Notes: a model not told the origin generated them from the letters alone. DNA of 64,000 nucleotides from an uncultured Desulfobacteraceae bacterium (GCA_964485655.1 CAZAKC010000001.1:1028-65027); one strand, 5' to 3'. Shown: positions 9,998 through 19,637, counted from the stretch's first letter. Program-made: numbers and translations.

Positions 9998-10678
9998 TTA
10001 AATCTTTTTCAACTCTTTTAATTCCACTTCTAATGGCTCGGCCTCTTTCTCTCTTCCCAACTTTCTAAGCTTCTCTTTAAGTTTTTCAATTTCTTGCTCA
10101 AGCCTTGGTAACACCTCTTTCTCCAACTTGTCTCTGGCCGCTTGTCCCGATTTCTTCATTCTCTCTGCAAGTTCCTCTAGCTGTTTTCTAAGTTTTTGAA
10201 TTTGCTCTTTTGGCGGAACTTCTTTCACGAGTGTCCCCAGAAACTCTTCCACCTGGTTTTCCAGTTCACTTAACCCCTTTTGCATGCCAGCCACAAGATC
10301 GTTGACCATATCTTCAGCCTTACTGGAGCCCTGGACAGTCGCCCCATCAGCAACGAGATCACCCGGCTCTGCCGAGGCAACAACCTCTATAGCCTTCCTG
10401 CCCTGACTCTCAGGATCGGGTACGATATAGTATTTTGAGCTTGTGGTAAGCTTCTGCCTGAACTGCTCAGGTACCACGACATCTACCAGGAATTCACCGT
10501 TGGAAGTGTACTCTACTTTGGCTACCTTGCCAATTTGTTCACCACCGGCAACTACTCTATCCCCTTGCACAAGGCCCTGTGCGTCATTAAAACGAATATG
10601 CACTTTAATTGCACTTGCCTGGCACGAAACAACTATAAGACAAATGAACGGACCTAGAATCTTTCTTACCCAAACCAT
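9998..10678 (-). CDS. MlaD/MCE-domain protein with long C-terminal coiled coil
   Basis: N-terminal TM, then an MCE-like beta-barrel segment (IHIRFNDAQGLVQGDRVVAGGEQIGKVAKVEY). The C-terminus is KE-rich coiled coil. Start moved to the ATG at 10678 (GGAAGGAG 6 nt upstream); the ORF track extends to 10783. Confidence 0.65.
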   Translation of the reverse strand: MVWVRKILGPFICLIVVSCQASAIKVHIRFNDAQGLVQGDRVVAGGEQIGKVAKVEYTSNGEFLVDVVVPEQFRQKLTTSSKYYIVPDPESQGRKAIEVVASAEPGDLVADGATVQGSSKAEDMVNDLVAGMQKGLSELENQVEEFLGTLVKEVPPKEQIQKLRKQLEELAERMKKSGQAARDKLEKEVLPRLEQEIEKLKEKLRKLGREKEAEPLEVELKELKKI

Positions 10679-10815
10679 TTTATTCTCCTTCCATCCCACG
10701 TGGACTGTGGATTTCTGTGACCCTTGAGTTATTTTAAGGCTATTAAAGCATTCGCAAAACACCACCGCAGCGTAGGCCTGCACGGTCCAGGCTGGTACCG
10801 CATTGACACAGAGTC

Positions 10816-11403
10816 CTACTTTTTGAGCGCAGTCTTTGAGTGGTTAAATGGGAATCTCATCTTATGTACCAGATTGCCTATTTCTGAAGGCCTAAACTCC
10901 AAGCCCTCAAAAAGCTTTTGCTCTACCTTCCTGCATATATTGAAATTGTGGACAATAGGGTCCTTCAACTCAGGATTTCTGGAGGCATAGCGCTTTAGTA
11001 TATAGGCAAGCCGCTCTTCTAGGGCCACAACTTGGTCATGGTTTACTCTCTTGTCAGAATAGTATACCACCTCTTTCTCTGTTATCTTGCCATCCGCGCT
11101 GAAAGATTTCAGCACTACATGTTCTGCCACTATGGGCACAAGCTCCTCAAAACCTTCTTCTCGGCAAATTTCCTGGCCTATCTGGACGTGGTCACCTCCG
11201 TGCTTGAGCGCTTCTGTCTTTCCAATGTCATGAAGCAGGGCCCCTGCAAGGATGAGACCCTTTGACATCTCTTGGGCCTTCGGACCCAATCCCACAGTAA
11301 TTACATGTGCGACCCTGGCTACCATTATAGAATGGGCCTTTATGTTCTCCAGCATCTCATATTTATCCATTATTTCTAAGCACATTTGAATGGAAGGAGT
11401 CAT
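10816..11403 (-). CDS. HD/HDIG-domain metal-dependent phosphohydrolase
   Basis: HS..VA....., LLHDIGK, and a later H..AEHV pattern, typical of HDIG proteins. Confidence 0.8.
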   Translation of the reverse strand: MTPSIQMCLEIMDKYEMLENIKAHSIMVARVAHVITVGLGPKAQEMSKGLILAGALLHDIGKTEALKHGGDHVQIGQEICREEGFEELVPIVAEHVVLKSFSADGKITEKEVVYYSDKRVNHDQVVALEERLAYILKRYASRNPELKDPIVHNFNICRKVEQKLFEGLEFRPSEIGNLVHKMRFPFNHSKTALKK

Positions 11404-11719
11404 TATAACCCAAGTCCACGCGTTAAGTGATTTATTTTCACAACAGCCCAGCGCTTCGAAATCCCATTCACTCCCCCATTTTCGGCCGTCCAGTCTGATC
11501 CTTTTTACCCTGAAAGCCGAGGTACTGTCAAATTGAGATGGTGTTTAATCCTTTTTTTGACAGTCATCAAAGGTCACTGTGTCAGTCAAGCTCCTCTAGG
11601 TTGTGTTCACGACCCAGCTTATTTTGCGTGTCTCTTCCCCGCAATTAGTGTATAAAAACGATCATCTTACCTTATTATTACCTGGGGACTTAGAAGTCCG
11701 ATCCTCTGAGGCTTCAGAC

Positions 11720-12913
11720 ATGAAACGGGCATTTGACATTATAGTGGTGGGAGCAGGCCCCGCTGGCAGTTGTGCAGCTAAGGAGCTGGCAGCATCCGGG
11801 TTAAGCGTGGCGATAGTAGAAAAAAATATCAGCCCGGGCACCAAACCATGTGCCGGAGGCCTTGTGTTGCGAGGGCTTAAACACCTCTCGGGGCCAGTCC
11901 TGACCTCAGTGCAAAGACAATGCTACAAGACGCAGGTGAATATCTTTCCAAGGGGCCTTTGCTTTGAAACGAAAAAACCCGATCCAATAATTGCAATGGT
12001 CATGCGGAAAGATTTCGATCGCTTGTTACTGCGCGAGGCCAGCTCAGCAGGGGCTCTGCTCATCACTGGTCATAAGGTCAGGGACATCCGAGCCGAAGGG
12101 GGCAGAATAGTCGTTATTACAGATGCCGACACATTGACGGGTGATTTTCTCATTGGCGCTGATGGAGCTCTGAGTGTTGTGGCCAGAAAAACCGGGCTTT
12201 GTGGCCAGGTAAATCTGGTCCCGGCAGTAGAATGTGAGCTTGAGGTCAGTGATGAACTTTTTGCACACTTTAGCGACCGGGCTAGATTTGACCTGGGCTT
12301 CGTGCCCCAGGGATACGGGTGGGTTTTTCCAAAGAAAAGCCACCTGTCCGTTGGGGTAGGCAGGCTCCGAAAAGGCAGATTCAATCTGGCGAAATACCTG
12401 GATTCTTATATGAGTTTTCTAGGTCTTGGCAAATCCAGGGTTCTGGATAAAAGGGCAAGCGTCATCAGCCTGTGGGCGGGCAAAGAGAAGTTCGCCAAAG
12501 GCCACATCTTGCTGACTGGGGATGCTGCAGGCCTCGCAGACCCCCTTACTGCCGAGGGAATATCTAATGCTATGGTTAGCGGCCGGCTGGCAGCAAAGGC
12601 CATCATGGAGACTCAAACGGGCCGGATATCTGACGTGGCCGGACACTACCAATTCCTTCTAGCAAGAAACATTCTGAAAGATATACGGCTTGCAAGCAAG
12701 GTGGCTCACTGGATTTATGACCACCCAAGATTCATGCAGACAATCTTCACGGTCTATGGCGAACGTGTGTGTGAGGCAATGATGGAGATCATGTCAGGGC
12801 AGGCCTCTTACCTGAGTATCCTGGCAAACCCCACTACCTATCTTCGCCCTTTCAGGCTCGGTGGCAGGCTCACGCGCAGAAGTAAGATTGACAAACGGGG
12901 GCCATTTGGATAA
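11720..12913 (+). CDS. Geranylgeranyl-reductase-family FAD-dependent oxidoreductase
   Basis: FDIIVVGAGPAGS dinucleotide fold, GADGALS, LTGDAAGLADPLTAEGI. Start placed at the ATG at 11720; the ORF track starts at 11603. Confidence 0.85.
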   Translation: MKRAFDIIVVGAGPAGSCAAKELAASGLSVAIVEKNISPGTKPCAGGLVLRGLKHLSGPVLTSVQRQCYKTQVNIFPRGLCFETKKPDPIIAMVMRKDFDRLLLREASSAGALLITGHKVRDIRAEGGRIVVITDADTLTGDFLIGADGALSVVARKTGLCGQVNLVPAVECELEVSDELFAHFSDRARFDLGFVPQGYGWVFPKKSHLSVGVGRLRKGRFNLAKYLDSYMSFLGLGKSRVLDKRASVISLWAGKEKFAKGHILLTGDAAGLADPLTAEGISNAMVSGRLAAKAIMETQTGRISDVAGHYQFLLARNILKDIRLASKVAHWIYDHPRFMQTIFTVYGERVCEAMMEIMSGQASYLSILANPTTYLRPFRLGGRLTRRSKIDKRGPFG

Positions 12914-12949
12914 CTTTTTGACCCGCGGCATAACTCCGCTAAATAGCTT

Positions 12950-14329
12950 TTGGGGGTGAGGAAAATTACTGACTTCTCTCAACATAGTGGGCGCATAACG
13001 ACCTTTCATATCCTCCGACAGGACCGCAAGCACTTGCAGTCCCAGTTGCGTCTTCACTCTAAATGGAAAAAAACGGTATTGGTCATCCCGCTTCTTGCAA
13101 GCGAATATACGGACCCAGATAACCGACCCGTGTTCTCGAATATATTGAAGCAGTTAAGGGACGTAACATATCTGGCCACCATTATCTTTGGTCTGGATAA
13201 GGCTACGGAACAAGAGGCCCGTGAGCTTAAGGACCTCATTAGCGGGGCGGGGATCAGGAATTATCTTATCCAGTGGAATGATGGACCGGGTTTTTCGTCC
13301 ATATATGATCAACTTGCCAAGGCTGGGTTTAACATAACTGAGCCGGGAAAAGGCAAGAACATGTTTCTCAGTTTCGGCATAGCCATTGCCCTTGGTGCCC
13401 AGGCAATCGGTCTAATAGATGCCGATATTCGGACTTTCAAGCGCGTACAGTTGCACAGATTGCTCTTCCCGGTCGTTGTGCTCAACTACGACTTCTCAAA
13501 GGCCTACTACGCGAGGCTGGCAAATAGGGAACTTTATGGACGTGTTAAAAGGCTGCTTCTGGACCCTCTCCTTCTTGCCTTAAAAAGAAAATTCACAGAA
13601 AGCAAAGAGGAGAAAGTGCTGAGATTGATTGAATTCCTCTTGAGCTTTAAATACCAGCTCTCTGGCGAAGTGGCATTTCGTACGGACTTACTTAAAAAGA
13701 TGCGATTTGCTACCAACTGGGGTGTGGAGATTTTCACGCTTATAGAGGTTTACCGCAAGGCTTCCTCAGCAGCCGAGGTCATGTTTTCCGAAGAACCCTT
13801 TGATCACAAGCACCAGGAAGTATCCCCTCAAGACCAGCGTAAAGGTCTCAATCGTATGGCTGTGGACATTGTGACCACTCTCATGAACGCACTGGTCATT
13901 GAAGAGGGTCTCGAGATATCAGACACCTTTTTCAGGGATCTTGCCATCACTTATCAGGCAATAGCGGAGGACCAGATAAGAAAATACTCAGATGATGCGG
14001 ACTTCAGCAATCTTTCATATAACAGAGATCACGAGGAATTTCTGGTTAAGGATGTCTTCCGGGGTTGTATCTTGCAGGCAGGGGAGATCCTGACATCCCC
14101 GTACAGAATCACTGAGAGATTTCTCAGATTTGTCAACTCATATCCAGAGTTCAAACCTTTTCTCCACAATGGTCTAGCAGAGGCCATACTGGCTGTGGAA
14201 GGGAAGACTCAGCAAAAGATCTTTGAAACTCCGCAGACAGTGTCATGGGAAAGGGTAAATAACAAGCTCCCACACATATTCTATGATATAATAGAAGTGG
14301 TGGAGGAAGAAAAGAGGCGCTTCGCCTGA
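12950..14329 (+). CDS. GT-A glycosyltransferase resembling mannosyl-/glucosyl-3-phosphoglycerate synthases
   Basis: N-terminal FSQHSGRITTFH, PGKGKNM followed by GLIDADI (DxD-type), and its position directly upstream of an MpgP-type phosphatase gene. Sugar specificity cannot be read from the sequence. TTG start. Confidence 0.55.
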   Translation: MGVRKITDFSQHSGRITTFHILRQDRKHLQSQLRLHSKWKKTVLVIPLLASEYTDPDNRPVFSNILKQLRDVTYLATIIFGLDKATEQEARELKDLISGAGIRNYLIQWNDGPGFSSIYDQLAKAGFNITEPGKGKNMFLSFGIAIALGAQAIGLIDADIRTFKRVQLHRLLFPVVVLNYDFSKAYYARLANRELYGRVKRLLLDPLLLALKRKFTESKEEKVLRLIEFLLSFKYQLSGEVAFRTDLLKKMRFATNWGVEIFTLIEVYRKASSAAEVMFSEEPFDHKHQEVSPQDQRKGLNRMAVDIVTTLMNALVIEEGLEISDTFFRDLAITYQAIAEDQIRKYSDDADFSNLSYNRDHEEFLVKDVFRGCILQAGEILTSPYRITERFLRFVNSYPEFKPFLHNGLAEAILAVEGKTQQKIFETPQTVSWERVNNKLPHIFYDIIEVVEEEKRRFA

Positions 14330-14352
14330 CTACAAACAGGTCTGTCTCTGCG

Positions 14353-15213
14353 ATGAAGGGCAGTAATTCATACGGGGAGGAAAACTCCCCTTTTTTGGTC
14401 ATATTCAGTGATCTTGACGGAACATTACTCGATGAGTCTACATACTCTTGGGTGGATGCAAGGGAGGCAATTGAGGTGTGTAAACGCCGAAGCATACCCA
14501 TTGTGCTCGTTTCTAGCAAAACCCGGGCGGAGATGGAGGTCATTTCTACACAACTGCGCCTTGGCGCACCTTTCGTCACTGAAAACGGAGGCGGTGTGTT
14601 TTTTCCAAAAAAGACATTTCCGCATCCTCCGCCAGGAGCCGACCCTGTTAATGGGCTCTGGAAGTGGGCCCTAGGCGTCCGCCATGAAACTTTAAGGAAG
14701 GCACTGAGGGACATTGCAACCGAGACGGGATGCAAACTGATTGGCCTTTCCGATATGGAGACCCTAGAAATTACCTCCCTCACGGGTCTGGACGCAGATG
14801 AGGCTCGCAGGGCTGCAAAAAGAGAATTTGATGAGCCTTTCCTTATAATGGATATAGACAAGGAGAAAGAGAGTTGCATTGTCGAGGCAGCTCGAAGAAG
14901 GGGATTGAGGGTGATTAAGGGAGGGAGATTTTTTCATCTATGCGGAAAGTCCGATAAAGGCACTGGAACCCGCAAAATTATTGCCTGGTACAGAGACAAC
15001 GGTCACAACGTTTTCTCGCTTGGAATAGGGGACAGCGAAAATGACTTTCCCATGCTCCAGACAGTTGATCAACCTATTTTTGTTGGCGACCCAGGAAAAC
15101 TTCATGATCTCAAGGCCCGGTTGCCAGCGCTTATAATAACAAAGGAAAAAGGACCCAAGGGCTGGAATGAAGGGGTTATGAATTTTTTGCGAACCCACGG
15201 AGGAACACATTAA
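14353..15213 (+). CDS. HAD-IIB phosphatase, mannosyl-3-phosphoglycerate phosphatase (MpgP/YedP) family
   Basis: VIFSDLDGTLLD (DxD nucleophile motif), VSSKT, GDSENDFPM. Confidence 0.8.
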   Translation: MKGSNSYGEENSPFLVIFSDLDGTLLDESTYSWVDAREAIEVCKRRSIPIVLVSSKTRAEMEVISTQLRLGAPFVTENGGGVFFPKKTFPHPPPGADPVNGLWKWALGVRHETLRKALRDIATETGCKLIGLSDMETLEITSLTGLDADEARRAAKREFDEPFLIMDIDKEKESCIVEAARRRGLRVIKGGRFFHLCGKSDKGTGTRKIIAWYRDNGHNVFSLGIGDSENDFPMLQTVDQPIFVGDPGKLHDLKARLPALIITKEKGPKGWNEGVMNFLRTHGGTH

Positions 15214-16439
15214 TGGCTTCTCATTTTCAAGCAGAAATAAACCCAGATGGGGTCAAAAGAGCAGATCTGATAGTGTGCATTCCATCTTACAACGAGGCCG
15301 ATTCCATTGCCTTTCCCATTACGCAAGCTGACCAAGGGTTAAGCAAGTATTTCCGTGATAAAAAGGCAGTAATAATAAATTGCGACAATAATTCGCCTGA
15401 TGGCACTAGAGACGTATTCTTGGATACTCCTACCAGGGCCCCGAAAATATATCTTTCAACTCCACCAGGCGTAAAGGGTAAAGGGAATAACTTCAAGAAT
15501 CTTTTTCAAAAGGTTGTTGATCTTCATGCCAAGGCGGTTGTGGTTGTTGATGCCGATTTGAAAAGCATCACCCCCGAATGGATCAAACACTTGGGAGAGC
15601 CTCTTTACAATGGCTTTTCCTACGTGGCGCCTCTTTATATACGACATAAATACGATGGCACAATTACCAACGGTATTGCCTATCCCATGACTAGGTCTCT
15701 TTACGGGAGAAGGGTTCGCCAGCCCATAGGAGGAGACTTTGGTTTTTCAGCAAAACTGGCTAAGATCTACCTTGAAAGCGATACATGGGACGGGGCAGTG
15801 GCCAACTTTGGGATTGACATCTGGATGACAACGCTTGCCATAGCCAATAAGGCCAGGATATGCCAGTCGTTTATGGGGAGGCCCAAGGTCCATCGTACTA
15901 AAGACCCTGGAGCCCATCTGGGCCCCATGTTCCGCCAGGTTGTGGGAACTATCTTCACCTTGATGACCCATTTTAGTGCTATATGGATGAAGGTTAAGTA
16001 CAGCCGCCCAACAGCCATCTATGGTTTTGGATTAGGTGAGACTGAAATGCCCCCCAAGGTGGAGGTGGACACTCAGAACTTACTGAACAAATTTCACACC
16101 GGCTTCGAACAATATCAGGACTTATGGCAGGGGATCTTGAGCCCTGACGTCTTTAACAAGCTTATGGAAATCAGGAGTCTCAAGGAAAACGAATTCAATT
16201 TCCCAACGGACCTTTGGGCAAGGCTTCTGTTTGACGTGGCCATATCTTACAGGGACAATGTTGCCGACAGGGACCTCATGATGGACTCCCTTATCCCGCT
16301 TTATTTTGGCAAAACACTATCCTTCGTGAGGAAGACCAGGCGAATGTCTATTAAGCAGGCAGAGGAAACCATAGAACAGGATTGCCTGACCTTTGAAATG
16401 ACAAAGCCTTATCTCATTCGAAGGTGGAAGAAGAAATAG
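15213..16439 (+). CDS. Second GT-A (family-2-like) glycosyltransferase of the cluster
   Basis: CIPSYNEADSI, DNNSPDGT, VVVDADL. The ATG overlaps the phosphatase TAA by 1 nt (TAATG). Confidence 0.65.
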   Translation: MASHFQAEINPDGVKRADLIVCIPSYNEADSIAFPITQADQGLSKYFRDKKAVIINCDNNSPDGTRDVFLDTPTRAPKIYLSTPPGVKGKGNNFKNLFQKVVDLHAKAVVVVDADLKSITPEWIKHLGEPLYNGFSYVAPLYIRHKYDGTITNGIAYPMTRSLYGRRVRQPIGGDFGFSAKLAKIYLESDTWDGAVANFGIDIWMTTLAIANKARICQSFMGRPKVHRTKDPGAHLGPMFRQVVGTIFTLMTHFSAIWMKVKYSRPTAIYGFGLGETEMPPKVEVDTQNLLNKFHTGFEQYQDLWQGILSPDVFNKLMEIRSLKENEFNFPTDLWARLLFDVAISYRDNVADRDLMMDSLIPLYFGKTLSFVRKTRRMSIKQAEETIEQDCLTFEMTKPYLIRRWKKK

Positions 16440-16495
16440 GCCGGGTTCAGCAGTGACAGAAAAAGTGAGTTTTCTGATTCCTTTTAATTCAACGG

Positions 16496-17839
16496 CTATT
16501 GTACGAGAACTATGTGCACATCCATAACATTTGTCTTGGTGGGCCCGGTAATCAGCAGGTCCCCGGTAGCCTGGAGAAAATGATAGGCATCATTGTTCTG
16601 CAAAAATTCCAGTGCATCCAAACCCTTCTGCTCAGCTCTCCTGATTGTATCGGGGTCAACGATGCCCCCTGCTGCGTCAGTTGGCCCATCGTTGCCATCG
16701 GTCCCACCACTTAGTACCACCACCCTGGGTGGGAGCCCTACAAGGTCCATGGCCGCAGCAAGGCAGAACTCTTGATTCCTCCCACCCTTACCCCTCCCAC
16801 GAATAGTTACAGTAGTCTCTCCACCGGAAATTACGCATACTGGCGCAGGTGCAGGATTGCCTGTTTTCAAAATCTCTTTCCCGATAGCAGCGTGGACCCT
16901 GGCCACATCCCTCGTTTCACCCTCTATCATGGACGAAAGGACGATAGCATTATAGCCAAGCTCGGCGGCCCTATTCCGGGCAGCCTTTAGCGCTATGATA
17001 TTGCTCCCCACTATGATGTTGCTCACCTTTTCAAACACAGGATCTCCCTGCTTTGGGGTTTCGGGCACTTCACCCTTTATCCCTCTCTCGATGTAGGTCA
17101 AGACGCTCGGGGGTAAATCCTCCAAATGGTATTTCTCGAACACTTCTCTGGCCGTGACAAAGGTGGAACTGTCCGGCACAAAAGGACCCGAGGCTATCAC
17201 ATCCATTCTATCACCCACCACATCTGACAACATGAGGTTAATGGTGGTAGCAGGATAGGCAGCCCGAGCCAACTGACCTCCTTTAGATAAAGAAATATGT
17301 TTTCGCACTGCGTTTATTTCATCAATGCTGGCACCGCACTCAAGCAGGGCCTCCGTCACTTGCTGCTTCTCTTCCAAAGTAATATTCTCAGTCGGCAAAG
17401 GTAATAGGGAAGAGCCTCCCCCAGAGATCAAGGATAGAACCAAATCTTTCTCACCGGCCTGGTGCAACATCTTGACTAGCCTTTTGGTCCCGTCCAGACC
17501 GCGTTGATCTGGTAAAGGATGCCCGGCTTCGCAGACCTCTATGTGCTGCAAAGGAAGTCCAAATCCGTATTTCACATTTATTATACCGCCACTGATCCTG
17601 TTTTCCAGCAGCTCTTCAACCGCCTTTGCCATGGGCGCTGTCGCTTTACCTCCCCCCGCTATGTAGATGTGTTCGTATGCCCCTAGGTCTATGTCCTGAC
17701 GGCCTCCTTCGTGATTTTTGACAATCAGCATATTAGCTCTTATCTCCAAGGTCCCTTTGACGGCCTCGTAAGGATCAACGGCTTTCAAGCAGCTCAAGAA
17801 GATATCTTCAGCCTCATTTCGAATTTTGGATAGCTCCAC
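16496..17839 (-). CDS. Glycerate 2-kinase / hydroxypyruvate reductase-like (DUF4147 + MOFRL family)
   Basis: IAGGGKA, LISGGGSSL, SGGETTV, GKGGRNQE, SGGTDGNDGPTDAAG. Confidence 0.85.
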   Translation of the reverse strand: MELSKIRNEAEDIFLSCLKAVDPYEAVKGTLEIRANMLIVKNHEGGRQDIDLGAYEHIYIAGGGKATAPMAKAVEELLENRISGGIINVKYGFGLPLQHIEVCEAGHPLPDQRGLDGTKRLVKMLHQAGEKDLVLSLISGGGSSLLPLPTENITLEEKQQVTEALLECGASIDEINAVRKHISLSKGGQLARAAYPATTINLMLSDVVGDRMDVIASGPFVPDSSTFVTAREVFEKYHLEDLPPSVLTYIERGIKGEVPETPKQGDPVFEKVSNIIVGSNIIALKAARNRAAELGYNAIVLSSMIEGETRDVARVHAAIGKEILKTGNPAPAPVCVISGGETTVTIRGRGKGGRNQEFCLAAAMDLVGLPPRVVVLSGGTDGNDGPTDAAGGIVDPDTIRRAEQKGLDALEFLQNNDAYHFLQATGDLLITGPTKTNVMDVHIVLVQ

Positions 17840-18007
17840 CCTCTCCCTCCTTTATACTGTTCATTCACTTTTTACGATACTTAACTCTCAAATGCCACAA
17901 AAACAAGCGTCAATGTAGAAAACCTGTGGAACTATCAAGTAAAATACGTTAGATATGATCATCGGGTAAGGCAGAGAACACATTGAGTTCGGGAGGATGA
18001 ACAAACC

Positions 18008-19171
18008 ATGGAAAACGCAGCCCTTGAAGAAAAATACCGTAAGGCCACCAGTGTAATTTGCAAACAGGGTATTATCCCGTTTCCAGTAAATGACACAACC
18101 GTAGGCATTATTAAAGAAGTGTTGGAAGACAACGTTGAGGAGCTTGATCTCATCTGGGCATTCCGTGACAAGCCCTCGCAAACTTTAGAGGAGCTCAAGG
18201 CATCCAGCGGCCTTGCGGAGGATAAGATTGCACATCTGACCACCAGCCTTGCCAAAAGGGGCCTACTGTTTAATCAGCCCAATTCGGCTGGTGTTATGGT
18301 TTATAGAATCCTGCCCCTCATGACTGTGGGACTCATGGAATATCGGTTCATGGGTGAGCTAAGAGGTGACGAAAAGGAAAAAAGGCTTGCCCAGTTATTC
18401 CAGGACCTCATAGGCGAGATCAGAGATCAAGTTCAGGAAAACTATGATAACTTCGTGCCACTGCTGAAGCAAATGCCTCCTGTGGACAGGACCGTGCCCA
18501 TGCGAAAAACTGAAGATGGCAAGCACATCAAAATCATTTCTGTGGACCGCAAAATAGAAACGCCCACAGAGGAGATCCTGGCCAGCCAGTCTGTGGAAGA
18601 AATAATCGAAAAGTTCGATGATATTGCGGTGGGCCATTGTTTCTGCCGCCAGCGCAGGGCGGTGCTCGGTCACCCTTGTTCACTCGGGGCTCCTATTGAA
18701 ACCTGCTTCACTTTCGGCAAGTCCGCCCGCCATACTGTGGCCCAGGGTTTTGCCAGGAGCGTGAGCAAAGACGAGGCCCTGAAGATAATGAAGCAGGCAG
18801 AAGAAGCAGGCCTGGTCCACAAGGCATTTCATCCCAACTCAAAGATCTCCCGACCAGAAACAAGTATATGCAACTGCTGCAAAGACTGCTGCGATACCCT
18901 CAGGCTGTGGCGGGATGGGGCATTCCCCCTTGTCAATGCCACCAATTATCTTTCAATAATTGACCAGGAATTGTGCATAGGGTGCGGGGAATGTGTGGAC
19001 AGATGTCCCACTGATGCAATTGTGCTTAGTGATGAAGGTAAGGCAGAAAGAGACGAAAACTCATGCCTTGGATGCGGACTCTGTGCTCGCTTTTGCCCCC
19101 AGGAGGCCATCTCCTTGCAAGAAGGCCCCAGAAGGGTATTTGTGCTTCCGCCCCGACTGAGAAACTTATAG
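18008..19171 (+). CDS. 4Fe-4S dicluster-domain protein with extra Cys-rich motifs and an N-terminal non-Fe-S domain
   Basis: CIGCGECVDRCP and CLGCGLCARFCP ferredoxin motifs, plus GHCFCRQRR and CNCCKDCCD. Confidence 0.75.
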   Translation: MENAALEEKYRKATSVICKQGIIPFPVNDTTVGIIKEVLEDNVEELDLIWAFRDKPSQTLEELKASSGLAEDKIAHLTTSLAKRGLLFNQPNSAGVMVYRILPLMTVGLMEYRFMGELRGDEKEKRLAQLFQDLIGEIRDQVQENYDNFVPLLKQMPPVDRTVPMRKTEDGKHIKIISVDRKIETPTEEILASQSVEEIIEKFDDIAVGHCFCRQRRAVLGHPCSLGAPIETCFTFGKSARHTVAQGFARSVSKDEALKIMKQAEEAGLVHKAFHPNSKISRPETSICNCCKDCCDTLRLWRDGAFPLVNATNYLSIIDQELCIGCGECVDRCPTDAIVLSDEGKAERDENSCLGCGLCARFCPQEAISLQEGPRRVFVLPPRLRNL

Positions 19172-19196
19172 AACTGCTAAAGATCAAACCGGGCTC

Positions 19197-19544
19197 TTAT
19201 TGGTCTTTGATCAGGATGCAAATTTCCTCGTCCTGGTGGAGATCTTTGTCAATTTCCTTGCGATGTGTGACTTTGCGTAGCTCTATTTTGGTTATTTCAT
19301 AGTCGTCCTGCAAATACTCAAAAAGCAATCCTCGTATCCTGTCTTGGGCGCCCTGCCCCGGGGGGCAAGCGATCTCTTTGTGGATATTTGTTGTCACCAC
19401 CACAGGAACGCTCTTTTTCTCCTGGGCCTGGTTACCAACCTTGGGGCCCTTTTCGCTCCAGTATCCTTGGCCCTTCCGTTCTTTAGGGGATATGAATAGA
19501 TCAAGGACCTCATCTAGTTCTTTAGTTTCACCTTTGTCTTCCAT
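19197..19544 (-). CDS. Small charged protein, unknown; downstream partner of the ParA-like gene
   Basis: 115-aa ORF, 93 nt downstream of the ParA-like gene on the same strand. Acidic/basic N-terminal half with low-complexity character. No recognisable motif. Confidence 0.5.
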   Translation of the reverse strand: MEDKGETKELDEVLDLFISPKERKGQGYWSEKGPKVGNQAQEKKSVPVVVTTNIHKEIACPPGQGAQDRIRGLLFEYLQDDYEITKIELRKVTHRKEIDKDLHQDEEICILIKDQ

Positions 19545-19637
19545 TTGAATCCCTCGAATCTAATATTGACGGGTTCTCGAAAAATCTCATCCCAGACGGC
19601 ACAGTAAAAAGATCCAGCCGAGTGGCGCATCAGGCCT

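Noticed and set aside
17888-18255. Two overlapping - strand ORFs (97 and 98 aa) in the spacer and 5' end of the Fe-S protein gene
   Set aside because: They overlap the start of a well-supported + strand gene and its promoter region. Their translations show no motifs and are rich in Phe, Cys and Ser.
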